DNA of 36,451 nt from contig JBIKLL010000021.1 in NCBI GenBank assembly GCA_044359815.1, forward strand, positions 1-36,451. The letters are read 5' to 3'. A model generated the notes under the pieces. That model did not search any database and was not told where the DNA came from. It saw nothing but the letters and a program-made list of their open reading frames with translations. The DNA is from Pseudobdellovibrionaceae bacterium (GTDB lineage Bacteria > Bdellovibrionota > Bdellovibrionia > Bdellovibrionales > Bdellovibrionaceae). Below are positions 19,781 through 28,574 of this stretch, one piece after another; the first letter of the stretch is position 1, and each line of letters starts with the position of its first letter. The translations under genes were made by a program, and so were the position numbers.

Positions 19781-20290
19781 ATGATGACAATATTATTAAG
19801 TTCACTGATCTGGTTTAACCCTGGCGCACAGGCCTGCGATAACAAAGACCCTGAGGTCGTGGCGGCAGTGGATCTGCAACAGTATTCTGGTTTGTGGTAC
19901 GAAATTGCTCATTCACCTAACTTCTTTCAAAAAGACTGCGTCCGATCGACGGCTGAATATAAGGTGTTAGATGCTCAGAAAGTGTCAGTTAAAAATGTTT
20001 GCTTTAAAGCAGATGGCGACACAAGTGATATTTCAGGGAAAGCAAAGGTCGTAAATCCCGAAGTCCCTGCCAAACTGAAAGTGCGATTTAATTGGTTTGC
20101 ACGTGGTGACTATTGGATTGTTGACCTGGATCCGGATTACCAATGGGCTGTTGTAAGTGGTCCCAAGAAAAAGAACACATTTATATTAGCACGCCAAGCA
20201 CCCATGGAGCCTGACTTGTTAAACAAAATATTAAACTCATTAAAAGCCCGAGGCTTTGACACTGATTCCCTGATTTTTGATAAATACTAA
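19781..20290 (+). CDS. blc: Bacterial lipocalin (Blc family)
   Basis: VDLQQYSGLWYEIA, AKLKVRF, GDYWIVDLDPDYQWAVVSGP, FILAR; SD AAGGAG. Confidence 0.92.
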   Translation: MMTILLSSLIWFNPGAQACDNKDPEVVAAVDLQQYSGLWYEIAHSPNFFQKDCVRSTAEYKVLDAQKVSVKNVCFKADGDTSDISGKAKVVNPEVPAKLKVRFNWFARGDYWIVDLDPDYQWAVVSGPKKKNTFILARQAPMEPDLLNKILNSLKARGFDTDSLIFDKY

Positions 20291-20302
20291 AACTGCAATC
20301 CA

Positions 20303-22870
20303 CTACAGTTTTTCAATTTTGATTTTTTGATCAACGCTGGAGATTTTAATAGAATCTCCGGCCTTAATAGATCCATCAATAATTTGCTTAGACAATGGAT
20401 TCAACAATTCAGTTTGCAGAACCCGCTTTAAAGGTCTGGCTCCATAATCTGGATCAAATCCTTTTTCGCCTAAAAATCGAATTGCCGAAGCATCAAGGCT
20501 GATTGAAATTTTCTTTTCGCTCAGACGTTTTTCAATCTCAGACATCTGCACCCTGACAATTTCAAAAATTTGATCTTTGCCTAATGAATTAAAAATCACC
20601 GTTTCATCTATGCGATTTAAAAACTCTGGCCTAAAATGACCCTTTAAAACTGCTTGAACAGCTTGGTTTCGATCAGCATCACTGATCGATGGATCTGTCA
20701 TAAACTGAGAACCTAAATTGGATGTCATTATCAACACTGTGTTTTTAAAATCCACTGTTCGCCCTTGTCCATCAGTCAGTCTGCCCTCATCCAAGACTTG
20801 CAATAAAATATTAAACACATCTGGATGGGCTTTTTCGACCTCGTCAAGCAGCACAACACTATAGGGCTTTCTGCGAACGGCTTCGGTCAACTGCCCCCCT
20901 TCTTCAAACCCCACATACCCAGGAGGCGCCCCGACCAATCTGGAAACAGAATGCTTTTCCATATATTCACTCATATCAATCCTGATGACCGAGGCTTCAT
21001 CGTCAAACAGGAATTCTGCCAAAGCCTTTACGGTCTCGGTTTTACCAACCCCAGTAGGGCCTAAAAATAAAAATGTCCCAATAGGCCGGTTAGGGTCCGA
21101 AATCTCGGCACGGGCTCTTCTGACAGCATCTGCAACGACTTGCAACGCCTGCTTTTGCCCAATCACCCTCTGTGACATTTTGGCTTCCATTTCCAGCAAT
21201 TTTTGAGATTCGCTTTCAAGCATCTTAGAAACAGGAACTCCTGTCCATTTTGATATTACTTCAGCAATTTCCTCAGGACCGACTTCTTCTTGAAGCATTT
21301 TTTTAGATCCTGTTTTTTCAGACAGTTGCTTTAGTTTTTTTTCTGAATCAGGAAGCTTTCCGTATTTAAGCTCAGCGGCTTTGGCCAAATCACCACTGCG
21401 CTCAGCTTTTGAAATTTCTGTCTGCAGTGATTCAATCACGGCTTTCAGTTTTTGGACCTCATCGATACCTCCGCGCTCGGCCTCCCACTGCTCACGCAGA
21501 TTTTTTACATTTAACTGCAATTGCGAAAGCTCGCCATCGATCACTCCTACCCGATCTTTGGCACTAGGATCTTTTTCTTTTTTTAAGGCTTCTTTTTCAA
21601 CTTTGAGTTCCAATATTTTTCTGTCAATTTCGTCGATTTCCTCGGGGACCGAGCTGATTTCAATGCTCAGCTTTGATGCGGCTTCGTCTATTAAATCAAT
21701 GGCTTTGTCGGGCAAAAACCTGGACGAAATATATCTGTGTGATAATTTAACCGCAGCCACCAGTGCCGAATCAGTGATCCTGACACCGTGGTGAAGTTCG
21801 TATTTTTCTTTGAGGCCTCTTAATATTGTGATTGCGTCTGTGACTGAAGGCTCTGCAACCAAAACGGTTTGAAATCGCCGCTCCAGGGCTGCGTCCTTTT
21901 CAATGTATTTTCGGTATTCATCCAACGTGGTCGCCCCGATACATCTGAGCTCACCCCTGGCCAATGCTGGCTTCAGCAATTGACCCGCATCCATTGCACC
22001 ATCTGTTTTACCTGCCCCCACAAGTGTGTGAAGCTCATCAATAAAAAGTACTATTTCACCATTGGCAGCAGTGACTTCTTTGATCACCGCTTTGAGCCTG
22101 TCTTCAAATTCACCACGGTATTTTGCCCCTGCCACTAGGGCTCCCAAATCCAGAGCAATCAGCTTTTTGCCAATCAGGCTTTCAGGAATGTCCTTTTTAA
22201 CAATTCTAACAGCCAGACCTTCAGCTATAGCGGTTTTTCCCACACCGGGCTCACCAATCAAAACGGGATTGTTTTTAGTTCTTCTGGACAAAACCTGTAC
22301 GACCCGTCTGATTTCCTCGTCCCGACCAACCACCGGGTCTAGCTTTCCTTCAGCCGCTAAAGCTGTCAGATCCCTACCGTATTTTGTTAAGACTTCATAT
22401 TTGTTTTCTGGATCATCGTCTGTCACTTTTTGATTACCCCTTATATCTTTTAAAGTCTTATTTACTGATTCAAAACTGAGCCCCAGATCTTTCAGCACAC
22501 TCAAAATTTCAGTGTCAGAAGTTTTGAACATTGCTAACAAAAAATGCTCAACCGATATGTATGAATCCGCCAGCTGAATGGCTTCCTTTTCCGCAGCAGT
22601 AAAAACCTTCACCAACCGCTGTGAAGCCGTAACTGTAGATGGTCCCGAGACCTTGGGAAATTTCTCGATCTTTTGTTGAACCTTTTGAATGGCAGTATCA
22701 ATTTTAATCTTATTGTGCTCGAGCACTCTTTTAACAGTGCCGTCTTGTTCAAGCATCGCCAGCATTAAATGCTCCGGCTCAACAGATGGATTGGAATTTG
22801 ATTCCGCCATCTTGGCTGCTGATTGCATGGCCTCTTGGCTCTTACGGGTCATTTTGTCTAGGTCGTTCAT
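20303..22870 (-). CDS. clpB: ATP-dependent disaggregase ClpB
   Basis: GEPGVGKT / FIDELH, coiled-coil M-domain with [16 protein letters not shown] / RIDMSEY / [17 protein letters not shown]. Confidence 0.98.
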   Translation of the reverse strand: MNDLDKMTRKSQEAMQSAAKMAESNSNPSVEPEHLMLAMLEQDGTVKRVLEHNKIKIDTAIQKVQQKIEKFPKVSGPSTVTASQRLVKVFTAAEKEAIQLADSYISVEHFLLAMFKTSDTEILSVLKDLGLSFESVNKTLKDIRGNQKVTDDDPENKYEVLTKYGRDLTALAAEGKLDPVVGRDEEIRRVVQVLSRRTKNNPVLIGEPGVGKTAIAEGLAVRIVKKDIPESLIGKKLIALDLGALVAGAKYRGEFEDRLKAVIKEVTAANGEIVLFIDELHTLVGAGKTDGAMDAGQLLKPALARGELRCIGATTLDEYRKYIEKDAALERRFQTVLVAEPSVTDAITILRGLKEKYELHHGVRITDSALVAAVKLSHRYISSRFLPDKAIDLIDEAASKLSIEISSVPEEIDEIDRKILELKVEKEALKKEKDPSAKDRVGVIDGELSQLQLNVKNLREQWEAERGGIDEVQKLKAVIESLQTEISKAERSGDLAKAAELKYGKLPDSEKKLKQLSEKTGSKKMLQEEVGPEEIAEVISKWTGVPVSKMLESESQKLLEMEAKMSQRVIGQKQALQVVADAVRRARAEISDPNRPIGTFLFLGPTGVGKTETVKALAEFLFDDEASVIRIDMSEYMEKHSVSRLVGAPPGYVGFEEGGQLTEAVRRKPYSVVLLDEVEKAHPDVFNILLQVLDEGRLTDGQGRTVDFKNTVLIMTSNLGSQFMTDPSISDADRNQAVQAVLKGHFRPEFLNRIDETVIFNSLGKDQIFEIVRVQMSEIEKRLSEKKISISLDASAIRFLGEKGFDPDYGARPLKRVLQTELLNPLSKQIIDGSIKAGDSIKISSVDQKIKIEKL

Positions 22871-22940
22871 ATCTACCTCGCAATTAAAATGTGAGCTTTA
22901 GATTTATTTTGTCAACCAAACATGCTAATTCGGGTTTGTA

Positions 22941-23195
22941 ATGAATGAAAAAACAAAATCCAGACTCAAAACGCCTAAACCATTAAGAGGCACTATCCGG
23001 CATGACGTCATTAACCCAGTGGATTATCTGAAATACCGCTTTCCCATAGCTTGTGAAGAATGCAGTCACTTTGATTCAGTCAACACAATATGTACCTTAG
23101 GGTACAACCCGAAATGGCATCTGAATGCTTATCAAAAAAAATCCTATGAATTGTCCGGTAAAGTAGCACTTTGCCGCTTTATGGAGATAGACTGA
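22941..23195 (+). CDS. Small hypothetical protein with four Cys (putative metal-binding)
   Basis: CEECSHF...CTLGY...LCRFMEID; basic N-terminus; divergent from clpB; no clear SD. Confidence 0.7.
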   Translation: MNEKTKSRLKTPKPLRGTIRHDVINPVDYLKYRFPIACEECSHFDSVNTICTLGYNPKWHLNAYQKKSYELSGKVALCRFMEID

Positions 23196-23498
23196 AGACT
23201 CAAGGCATCTAAAACTTGTAGTCATTTATTGCAACTTAAGCCAAAAAAACTAAAACACTTTTAAAATTTTAAAATTATGAGAGGCGAATTAGAGCAATTG
23301 ATCGACTTTAGTCGTTTCATAATAACCGCAATTCCTGTAATTATTATTTGCTTTAGTATGAATTACTGCTGTTTTTTAAATTTTTTTGCACTGGTTTGGT
23401 AAAACAGCTTCTAAAGTGAGCCAATTAAAAATAATATGGTCCATTACAAAACAGTTAGTTCTTTGGTTTTAACAACAAACACCAATTAGGAGGTATTA

Positions 23499-23792
23499 AT
23501 GAAGCATGACGGAATCGAGTTTGAATACAAAGGCTCAAATCCTGAAAACGAAATTAAGCAGGTTATATCTGCCATAGTTGAAAAACTTCATTTCAACTCT
23601 CCTTCAGACTCAGCAATGAAAATGGTTTTAAACAGCACTAAGAATATTTCTAAAGCGACATGCAGAATTGCTTCACAAACAGGTGTGTTTATTGCTGAAG
23701 CTACAAACAAAAATCCAGTGACAGCAATCACAATGCTGGAAACAAAGATGCGTAAGCAATTTGAAGAATGGCGAAAGAGCCGCTTCGTTTAA
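23499..23792 (+). CDS. HPF/RaiA-like small protein (divergent)
   Basis: Strong SD AGGAGG; 97 aa with a beta-alpha-beta-beta-beta-alpha pattern; FIAEATNKNPVTAITMLETKMRKQF resembles the HPF C-terminal helix. Confidence 0.55.
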   Translation: MKHDGIEFEYKGSNPENEIKQVISAIVEKLHFNSPSDSAMKMVLNSTKNISKATCRIASQTGVFIAEATNKNPVTAITMLETKMRKQFEEWRKSRFV

Positions 23793-24014
23793 AAGCCTCG
23801 CTGTCAAAAAAATTGAATCACAAAATAGTTAAAGTTAAAGCTGGAGCCAAAATTCTTTGGTCCAGCAAATCAACATTTTAGTCGGGCAGAATTCACTTTC
23901 TGCCAGTCACAAAGACCAGTAATCAAGACCACTGTCCCCAAGACAAAAGGATTTTACTGGATCAACACAAAGTCTAAATCGCTAAAAAAAATTCATTTCA
24001 GTTCTTCAGTCCTG

Positions 24015-24041
24015 TCAACTTCACGACTGAACTGTCGATCA
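24015..24041 (+). promoter_or_regulatory. Putative sigma28 (FliA) promoter of flagellin
   Basis: TCAA-N15-GTCGATCA versus consensus TAAA-N15-GCCGATAA. Confidence 0.65.
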
Positions 24042-24047
24042 GTCAGG

Positions 24048-24318
24048 TGTCAGAAACACAACAAGTATCTGACGAACTATAAAGATGAACTTGCTTGATG
24101 GATCAAGCCTAAGAGTAAAAGGTCAAACTCTTAAGAAAGTACGAAAGGAGGCTTTCAAGGACGAAGAAAAATTTAAAGCTGTTAGAAGTGAACAAATTTT
24201 TAAGCCAAATGTTCATTAATATAAAGGCTCGGAAGCCGGCTCATGATAGAGCAAAAAAACACGGAGGAGATTAATTATGAAAACAAAAGATTAACAAAGT
24301 TTAACGGAGGATAAGAAA
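24048..24318 (+). promoter_or_regulatory. Long structured flagellin 5' leader with multiple GGA (CsrA-type) sites
   Basis: 8 GGA motifs (24100, 24147, 24159, 24231, 24263, 24266, 24306, 24309); hairpins GCTTGA-TGGA-TCAAGC, GAAAG-GAGG-CTTTC, GGCT-CGGA-AGCC. Confidence 0.65.
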
Positions 24319-25152
24319 ATGGGATTAAGAGTAACGACAAACATAGCAGCGATCAATGCTAATAGAAATTTGATCGGAAGCCAAAGAGCACTGGGTAAAT
24401 CATTTGCTCAATTGTCTTCAGGTAGCAGAATCAACATCGCAGCTGACGACGCTGCTGGATTAGCAATCAGTGAAAGATTGAAATCTGGTATCAGATCAGC
24501 TCGCCAAGCAAATCGTAACGCTAACGATGGTATCTCGATGGTGCAAACCGCAGAAGGCGGATTGAACGAGATTTCAAGCATCGTGACTCGTCTGAGAGAA
24601 CTGGGAATCCAGGCCGCTTCAGACACAGTGGGACCAGTAGAACGAGGTTTCCTAGATAAAGAGGTTCAACAGTTGAAATCAGAAATTCAACGTATCTCTT
24701 TGTCAACTAAATGGGGATCTACAAACTTACTGGATGGTTCAACACCAGCGTTTGATTTCCAAGTTGGTATCTACAATAACCCTGAAGAAGACCGAATCAC
24801 ATTCAACGCTAGCGAAAACAACGCTCAGTTGGATTCTTTGGGTCTAACAGGAATTGATTACACAACTAAAGAAGGTGCTCAAGAAGCATTAAGCCTTCTG
24901 GATGTTTCTCAAAACCAAGTAAATGGAATGAGATCAAGCCTGGGAGCCCTTCAAAACAGATTGACATCAACTGTTGATAACTTGGGAGTATTAGAAGAAA
25001 ATATGTCTGCAGCAAACGCTCGAGTACGTGATACTGACGTTGCACTGGCTTCTTCTGAAATGACAAGAAACAACATCTTGTTGCAAGCTGGTACAGCAAC
25101 TTTAGCACAAGCAAATCAAGTTAACCAATTAGCTCTTAAATTAATTGGCTAA
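24319..25152 (+). CDS. fliC: Flagellin (short, 277 aa, essentially D0/D1 only)
   Basis: MGLRVTTNIAA...LSSGSRINIAADDAAGLAISE...NANDGISMVQTAEGGL...LGALQNRL...RDTDVA...QANQ...ALKLIG. Confidence 0.98.
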   Translation: MGLRVTTNIAAINANRNLIGSQRALGKSFAQLSSGSRINIAADDAAGLAISERLKSGIRSARQANRNANDGISMVQTAEGGLNEISSIVTRLRELGIQAASDTVGPVERGFLDKEVQQLKSEIQRISLSTKWGSTNLLDGSTPAFDFQVGIYNNPEEDRITFNASENNAQLDSLGLTGIDYTTKEGAQEALSLLDVSQNQVNGMRSSLGALQNRLTSTVDNLGVLEENMSAANARVRDTDVALASSEMTRNNILLQAGTATLAQANQVNQLALKLIG

Positions 25153-25176
25153 TAGATTGAACAGATAAATTGTTCG

Positions 25177-25214
25177 AAAACCCTCTGCGGGTAACTGCAG
25201 AGGGTTTTTTATTT
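25177..25214 (+). terminator. Rho-independent terminator of flagellin
   Basis: AAAACCCTCTGC-GGGTAACT-GCAGAGGGTTTT followed by TTATTT. Confidence 0.92.
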
Positions 25215-25345
25215 TCAGCGATCAATAACTCAAAACAAGACACCTCTGATCCGTACTGATACAGCGAGACAGTAAAAGTTTAGTGCAGATTTGCTAAGGT
25301 TGACACCACGTTCGCAGTCCCCTGAAACCAGGACCCTGCCAACAA

Positions 25346-25361
25346 CGGAACCAATTTTGCT
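25346..25361 (+). promoter_or_regulatory. Putative sigma54 -24/-12 promoter
   Basis: CGGAACCAATTTTGCT = GG-N10-GC with TTGCT, about 40 nt upstream of ATG 25403. Confidence 0.6.
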
Positions 25362-25402
25362 ACTGTAAGTATGTGAAACCTGAATCAAAATGGAGCGTAC
25401 AT

Positions 25403-25567
25403 ATGAGATCATTTAGAAGTGTCAATGCCAACAACGAAGTCGAAATAATCCTTAAGGACCGCAGGATGCGATCACGGTCACCATGGAAGCACAGACTGCA
25501 AATCACCCTATTTGTTGCATCCATGATCTTGCTGCTGATTGCGATTTCACAAGTGGTTACTAAGTAG
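25403..25567 (+). CDS. Small basic protein with a C-terminal TM helix (54 aa)
   Basis: GGAG SD before ATG 25403; LQITLFVASMILLLIAISQVV hydrophobic tail. Confidence 0.55.
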   Translation: MRSFRSVNANNEVEIILKDRRMRSRSPWKHRLQITLFVASMILLLIAISQVVTK

Positions 25568-25715
25568 GATTTTTGCGGATTGATGCTGCCGTTTTAAAAA
25601 ACTGCACACCAATCTTGAAAAGTCTTGGGATAGCTCTTTTATAAAATATCCATGTGCTGCAATTTTTGCGATTTCATCGTTGTAAAATTATTTAAAAAAT
25701 GCAGAATTGCCGGCC

Positions 25716-26972
25716 ATGAAAACACATTACAAATTAATTATTTCACTTTTTCTGGGCGCTCTATTGGGCACCCTTATGCATCAATTCGGTAGCGATCAGG
25801 AAATCTTGGTAGCTATCCAAAAAAATCTGATCGAACCTTTTGGGCAGATCTTTTTAAGACTGATTTTTATGATTGTAGTCCCTTTGGTTTTTTCGGGCCT
25901 TGTTTTAGGTGTCTATCAGCTGTCCCACCATCAAGGATTAGGCAAGGTTGTCAGTCGCACATTGATGTTTACCCTGATCGCCAGCACAGCTTCTGTGCTG
26001 ATTGGAATTTCATTGGTAAACATATTTAGACCAGGGGATGGATTGCAGTTACCTCCAGAATATATGGCGGCCCAAACCGCTTCGGTCGAGAAAATTAAAA
26101 CAAACGCTTCCAGCACAAAGCCTTTAACTCAAATCATTATCGAATTGGTTCCCAAAAATCCCATTGATTCAGCTGCTAAAGCACTGGATGGGGAAATGAT
26201 TGCCCTGATGTTTTTTGCTCTGTTTTTTGGAGTGGCGCTGTCACGAACCATCAAGGACAAAGACGCCACAATTATCACATTTTTTGAACAGGTCTATGAC
26301 ACCAGTATGACTGTGGTTACCATGGTCATGAAGCTTGCCCCCTACGCTGTGTTTTGTCTGCTGTTCACGACATCATCAAAATTTGGTTTTGATCTATTAA
26401 AGTCTCTAGTGATGTATGTATTGTTAGTGGTGGGTGGTTTAGCTCTTCAGCATTTTGGAGTTTATTCGCTTCTACTAAAGATTTTCACAAAAATTTCGCC
26501 CTTAGAATTTAATCAAAAATGCCGTGAGGTATTTTTGTATGCCTTTGCAACGGCTTCTTCAAACGCTACCCTGCCCCGAACCTTGGAAGCAGCTACCGAA
26601 AAACTAAAGCTGAATCCTGCGTCTTCACGTTTTGTTTTAACAGTGGGCTCTACCGCCAATCAAAATGGCACAGCACTGTTTGAAGGCATCACAGTGTTGT
26701 TCATTGCTCAGGTATTCGGAAAAGATTTGGGCCTGACTGAACAGATTCAAGTCGTACTAATGTCGATTTTAGCTGGAGTGGGAACCGCAGGAGTTCCGGG
26801 TGGGTCCCTGCCATTGATCATGATTTTGCTGCAGCAATTAGGATTGCCACCAGAAGGACTGGGAATTGTCTTAGGTGTGGATCGCTTTTTGGACATGTGC
26901 CGAACCACAGTTAACGTGAGCGGTGATCTGATGATCGCAGCCCTGGTCGATAGCAAAAAATCAGATGTCTAG
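25716..26972 (+). CDS. Dicarboxylate/amino acid:cation symporter (DAACS, GltP/DctA family)
   Basis: FLRLIFMIVVPLVF, AFATASSNATLP, GSTANQNGTALF, GTAGVPGG, GVDRFLDMCRTTVNVSGD. Confidence 0.95.
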   Translation: MKTHYKLIISLFLGALLGTLMHQFGSDQEILVAIQKNLIEPFGQIFLRLIFMIVVPLVFSGLVLGVYQLSHHQGLGKVVSRTLMFTLIASTASVLIGISLVNIFRPGDGLQLPPEYMAAQTASVEKIKTNASSTKPLTQIIIELVPKNPIDSAAKALDGEMIALMFFALFFGVALSRTIKDKDATIITFFEQVYDTSMTVVTMVMKLAPYAVFCLLFTTSSKFGFDLLKSLVMYVLLVVGGLALQHFGVYSLLLKIFTKISPLEFNQKCREVFLYAFATASSNATLPRTLEAATEKLKLNPASSRFVLTVGSTANQNGTALFEGITVLFIAQVFGKDLGLTEQIQVVLMSILAGVGTAGVPGGSLPLIMILLQQLGLPPEGLGIVLGVDRFLDMCRTTVNVSGDLMIAALVDSKKSDV

Positions 26973-27244
26973 ATTTTTTGTTTAAGTATTTTTCGGACGT
27001 TTTATTTTTTGAATAAGTTCTGTTCATAAACTTTGAAATCTAAAAATAGTTTCTTCAAGTTGGCTCAAACTGTCTAAGTTATTACCAATAATTTCAATAA
27101 TTTAGCTAAAGACTTTGGTCCAGGCGTCCGTTACAATTAGTATAACCACCCGGATTGTTCGGGTATGTATCGACCAACAAAACAGTAAGCGACCAGATCA
27201 GCATTTTAAATTTACAGCTTACCCGGTTGGCCAACGGAGGAACC

Positions 27245-27994
27245 ATGTTAAGACATCTTTTGCTAACACTATCTATATTGATTCTGCTTACTGCTTGCGG
27301 AAATTCGCCCCAAATGGGAGTTGAAACCAACACCACAGCTCTGACAAACGGACAGTCTGAAGATCCAAGCCAACAGCAAAACACCGAACAATGGAACAAA
27401 GTATCTTTTGACGGGTTCCCTCAGGGCGGTTCGTTTTTTAATAAGCTGGTTGTTAAAATAGACAAAGTTAAAAAGACCTTAGTGATGACTCTACCCATTC
27501 CATTGATCCCATTGATTCAGTTTCCTGAATATCAGATACCTGAAATTCCAGGTGCTAAAGTCAGCTTTGAGCAACAAACAGATGGGACAAAATTAATTAA
27601 GGTCGAAATCCCGCTCACTCACATTGTACGAGGCATTGAACTGAATCCTGGCACTGGAACATTACCTAATGGTGACGCCCTGCCTGGATTCCCTGATGGT
27701 GAAATGCCAGGGACAACGGTTTCTATCCCGGGCTTGGTCGGTTGGAACATGCATATTTATGTAGGAGCCGAAGCCTCTGCCGTGTTTATAGAAGTCCCCG
27801 GATTTACCATCCCAGGTGACATCGGTGGGTTTTTGCCATCTCAGTTGACCTACCCTATTAAAAACTCGGACAAAACTAAGATCTTAGGTTATCTATCCTA
27901 TGTAGCCCCAAAAGGAACCTACGCTGGAGGAGCTTACATAGCTGCACAGCTTCCAAAAGATTTGGCTGCATTGTTAGACACGCTTTTGCCCTAA
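27245..27994 (+). CDS. Hypothetical lipoprotein (Pro/Gly-rich, beta-rich)
   Basis: Start moved to ATG 27245 (SD GGAGG); lipobox LTA-C18; TLPNGDALPGFPDGEMP. Confidence 0.85.
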   Translation: MLRHLLLTLSILILLTACGNSPQMGVETNTTALTNGQSEDPSQQQNTEQWNKVSFDGFPQGGSFFNKLVVKIDKVKKTLVMTLPIPLIPLIQFPEYQIPEIPGAKVSFEQQTDGTKLIKVEIPLTHIVRGIELNPGTGTLPNGDALPGFPDGEMPGTTVSIPGLVGWNMHIYVGAEASAVFIEVPGFTIPGDIGGFLPSQLTYPIKNSDKTKILGYLSYVAPKGTYAGGAYIAAQLPKDLAALLDTLLP

Positions 27995-28015
27995 AAACTA
28001 AAATTAATAAAATGA

Positions 28016-28044
28016 TTTACACTCCCCTGTTTTAGCTCTAGTTT
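28016..28044 (+). promoter_or_regulatory. Putative sigma70 promoter of the histone-like gene
   Basis: TTTACA-N17-TAGTTT. Confidence 0.6.
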
Positions 28045-28080
28045 ATCAATCTGACTCAAGCAATTTCAGGGGAGCTAAAT

Positions 28081-28512
28081 ATGGCCAAAAAGAAAAAAGC
28101 AAAAAAAACTAAACCAGTTAAAAAATCTGCTGCTAAAAAAACTAAAAAGGTAGCAAAGAAAGCTGCAAAGCCAGCTAAGAAAAAATCACCAGCTAAAAAA
28201 GCAAAAAAAGCGGCTCCTAAAAAAGCGGCTCCTAAAAAGGCAGCAAAACCAGCTAAGAAGAAAACTGAAAAATTAGCCAAGGTAGCAGCCGTAGGAGCTG
28301 TAGGAGCGGGACTGGCAGAATCAGTTCATGATCCTTTGATGGATGAATTGGATGATTTTGGTGACGAAGTCGGCAGCCCAGAAACTGCAGACGCTGACAA
28401 AGCAGAATCCACAGAGGATGACAGTTGGGATGAAGAATCTGACGAACAGGTTGAGGAAACCAAAGCTGACGATGAGGAAGAATCCGACGAAAGCGATGAA
28501 GGCTATTTCTAG
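28081..28512 (+). CDS. Low-complexity protein with a Lys/Ala/Pro histone-H1-like N-half and Asp/Glu-rich C-half
   Basis: SD AGGGGAG; KKAAKPAKKK / KKAAP repeats (15-bp tandem AAAAAAGCGGCTCCT at 28204-28233); acidic tail ending EGYF; has its own terminator. Confidence 0.85.
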   Translation: MAKKKKAKKTKPVKKSAAKKTKKVAKKAAKPAKKKSPAKKAKKAAPKKAAPKKAAKPAKKKTEKLAKVAAVGAVGAGLAESVHDPLMDELDDFGDEVGSPETADADKAESTEDDSWDEESDEQVEETKADDEEESDESDEGYF

Positions 28513-28539
28513 TAGTTTCTTTTAAAAATTTAAAATTTG

Positions 28540-28574
28540 AAAAAGCCTGTCATAACTGATGGGCTTTTTTTTTT
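28540..28574. terminator. Rho-independent terminator between convergent genes (probably bidirectional)
   Basis: AAAAAGCCTGTCA-TAAC-TGATGGGC followed by a 10-T tract. Confidence 0.85.

Noticed and set aside
22875..22920. CIRCE or sigma32 element upstream of clpB
   Set aside because: No TTAGCACTC-N9-GAGTGCTAA; there is a minus-strand TTGACA but the downstream box (TCACAT) is ambiguous between sigma factors.
23277..23402. 41-codon hydrophobic ORF MRGELEQLIDF...FFALVW
   Set aside because: No SD; the hydrophobicity is explained by T-rich intergenic DNA.
27107..27134. TAAAG-N15-TCCGTTAC as a sigma28 promoter for the lipoprotein
   Set aside because: The -10 matches only 5 of 8 positions; not enough without TSS data.
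28056..28280. Phe/Ala/Leu-rich minus-strand membrane-like ORF
   Set aside because: Antisense of the Lys/Ala codons of the histone-like gene, which has the SD, promoter and terminator.
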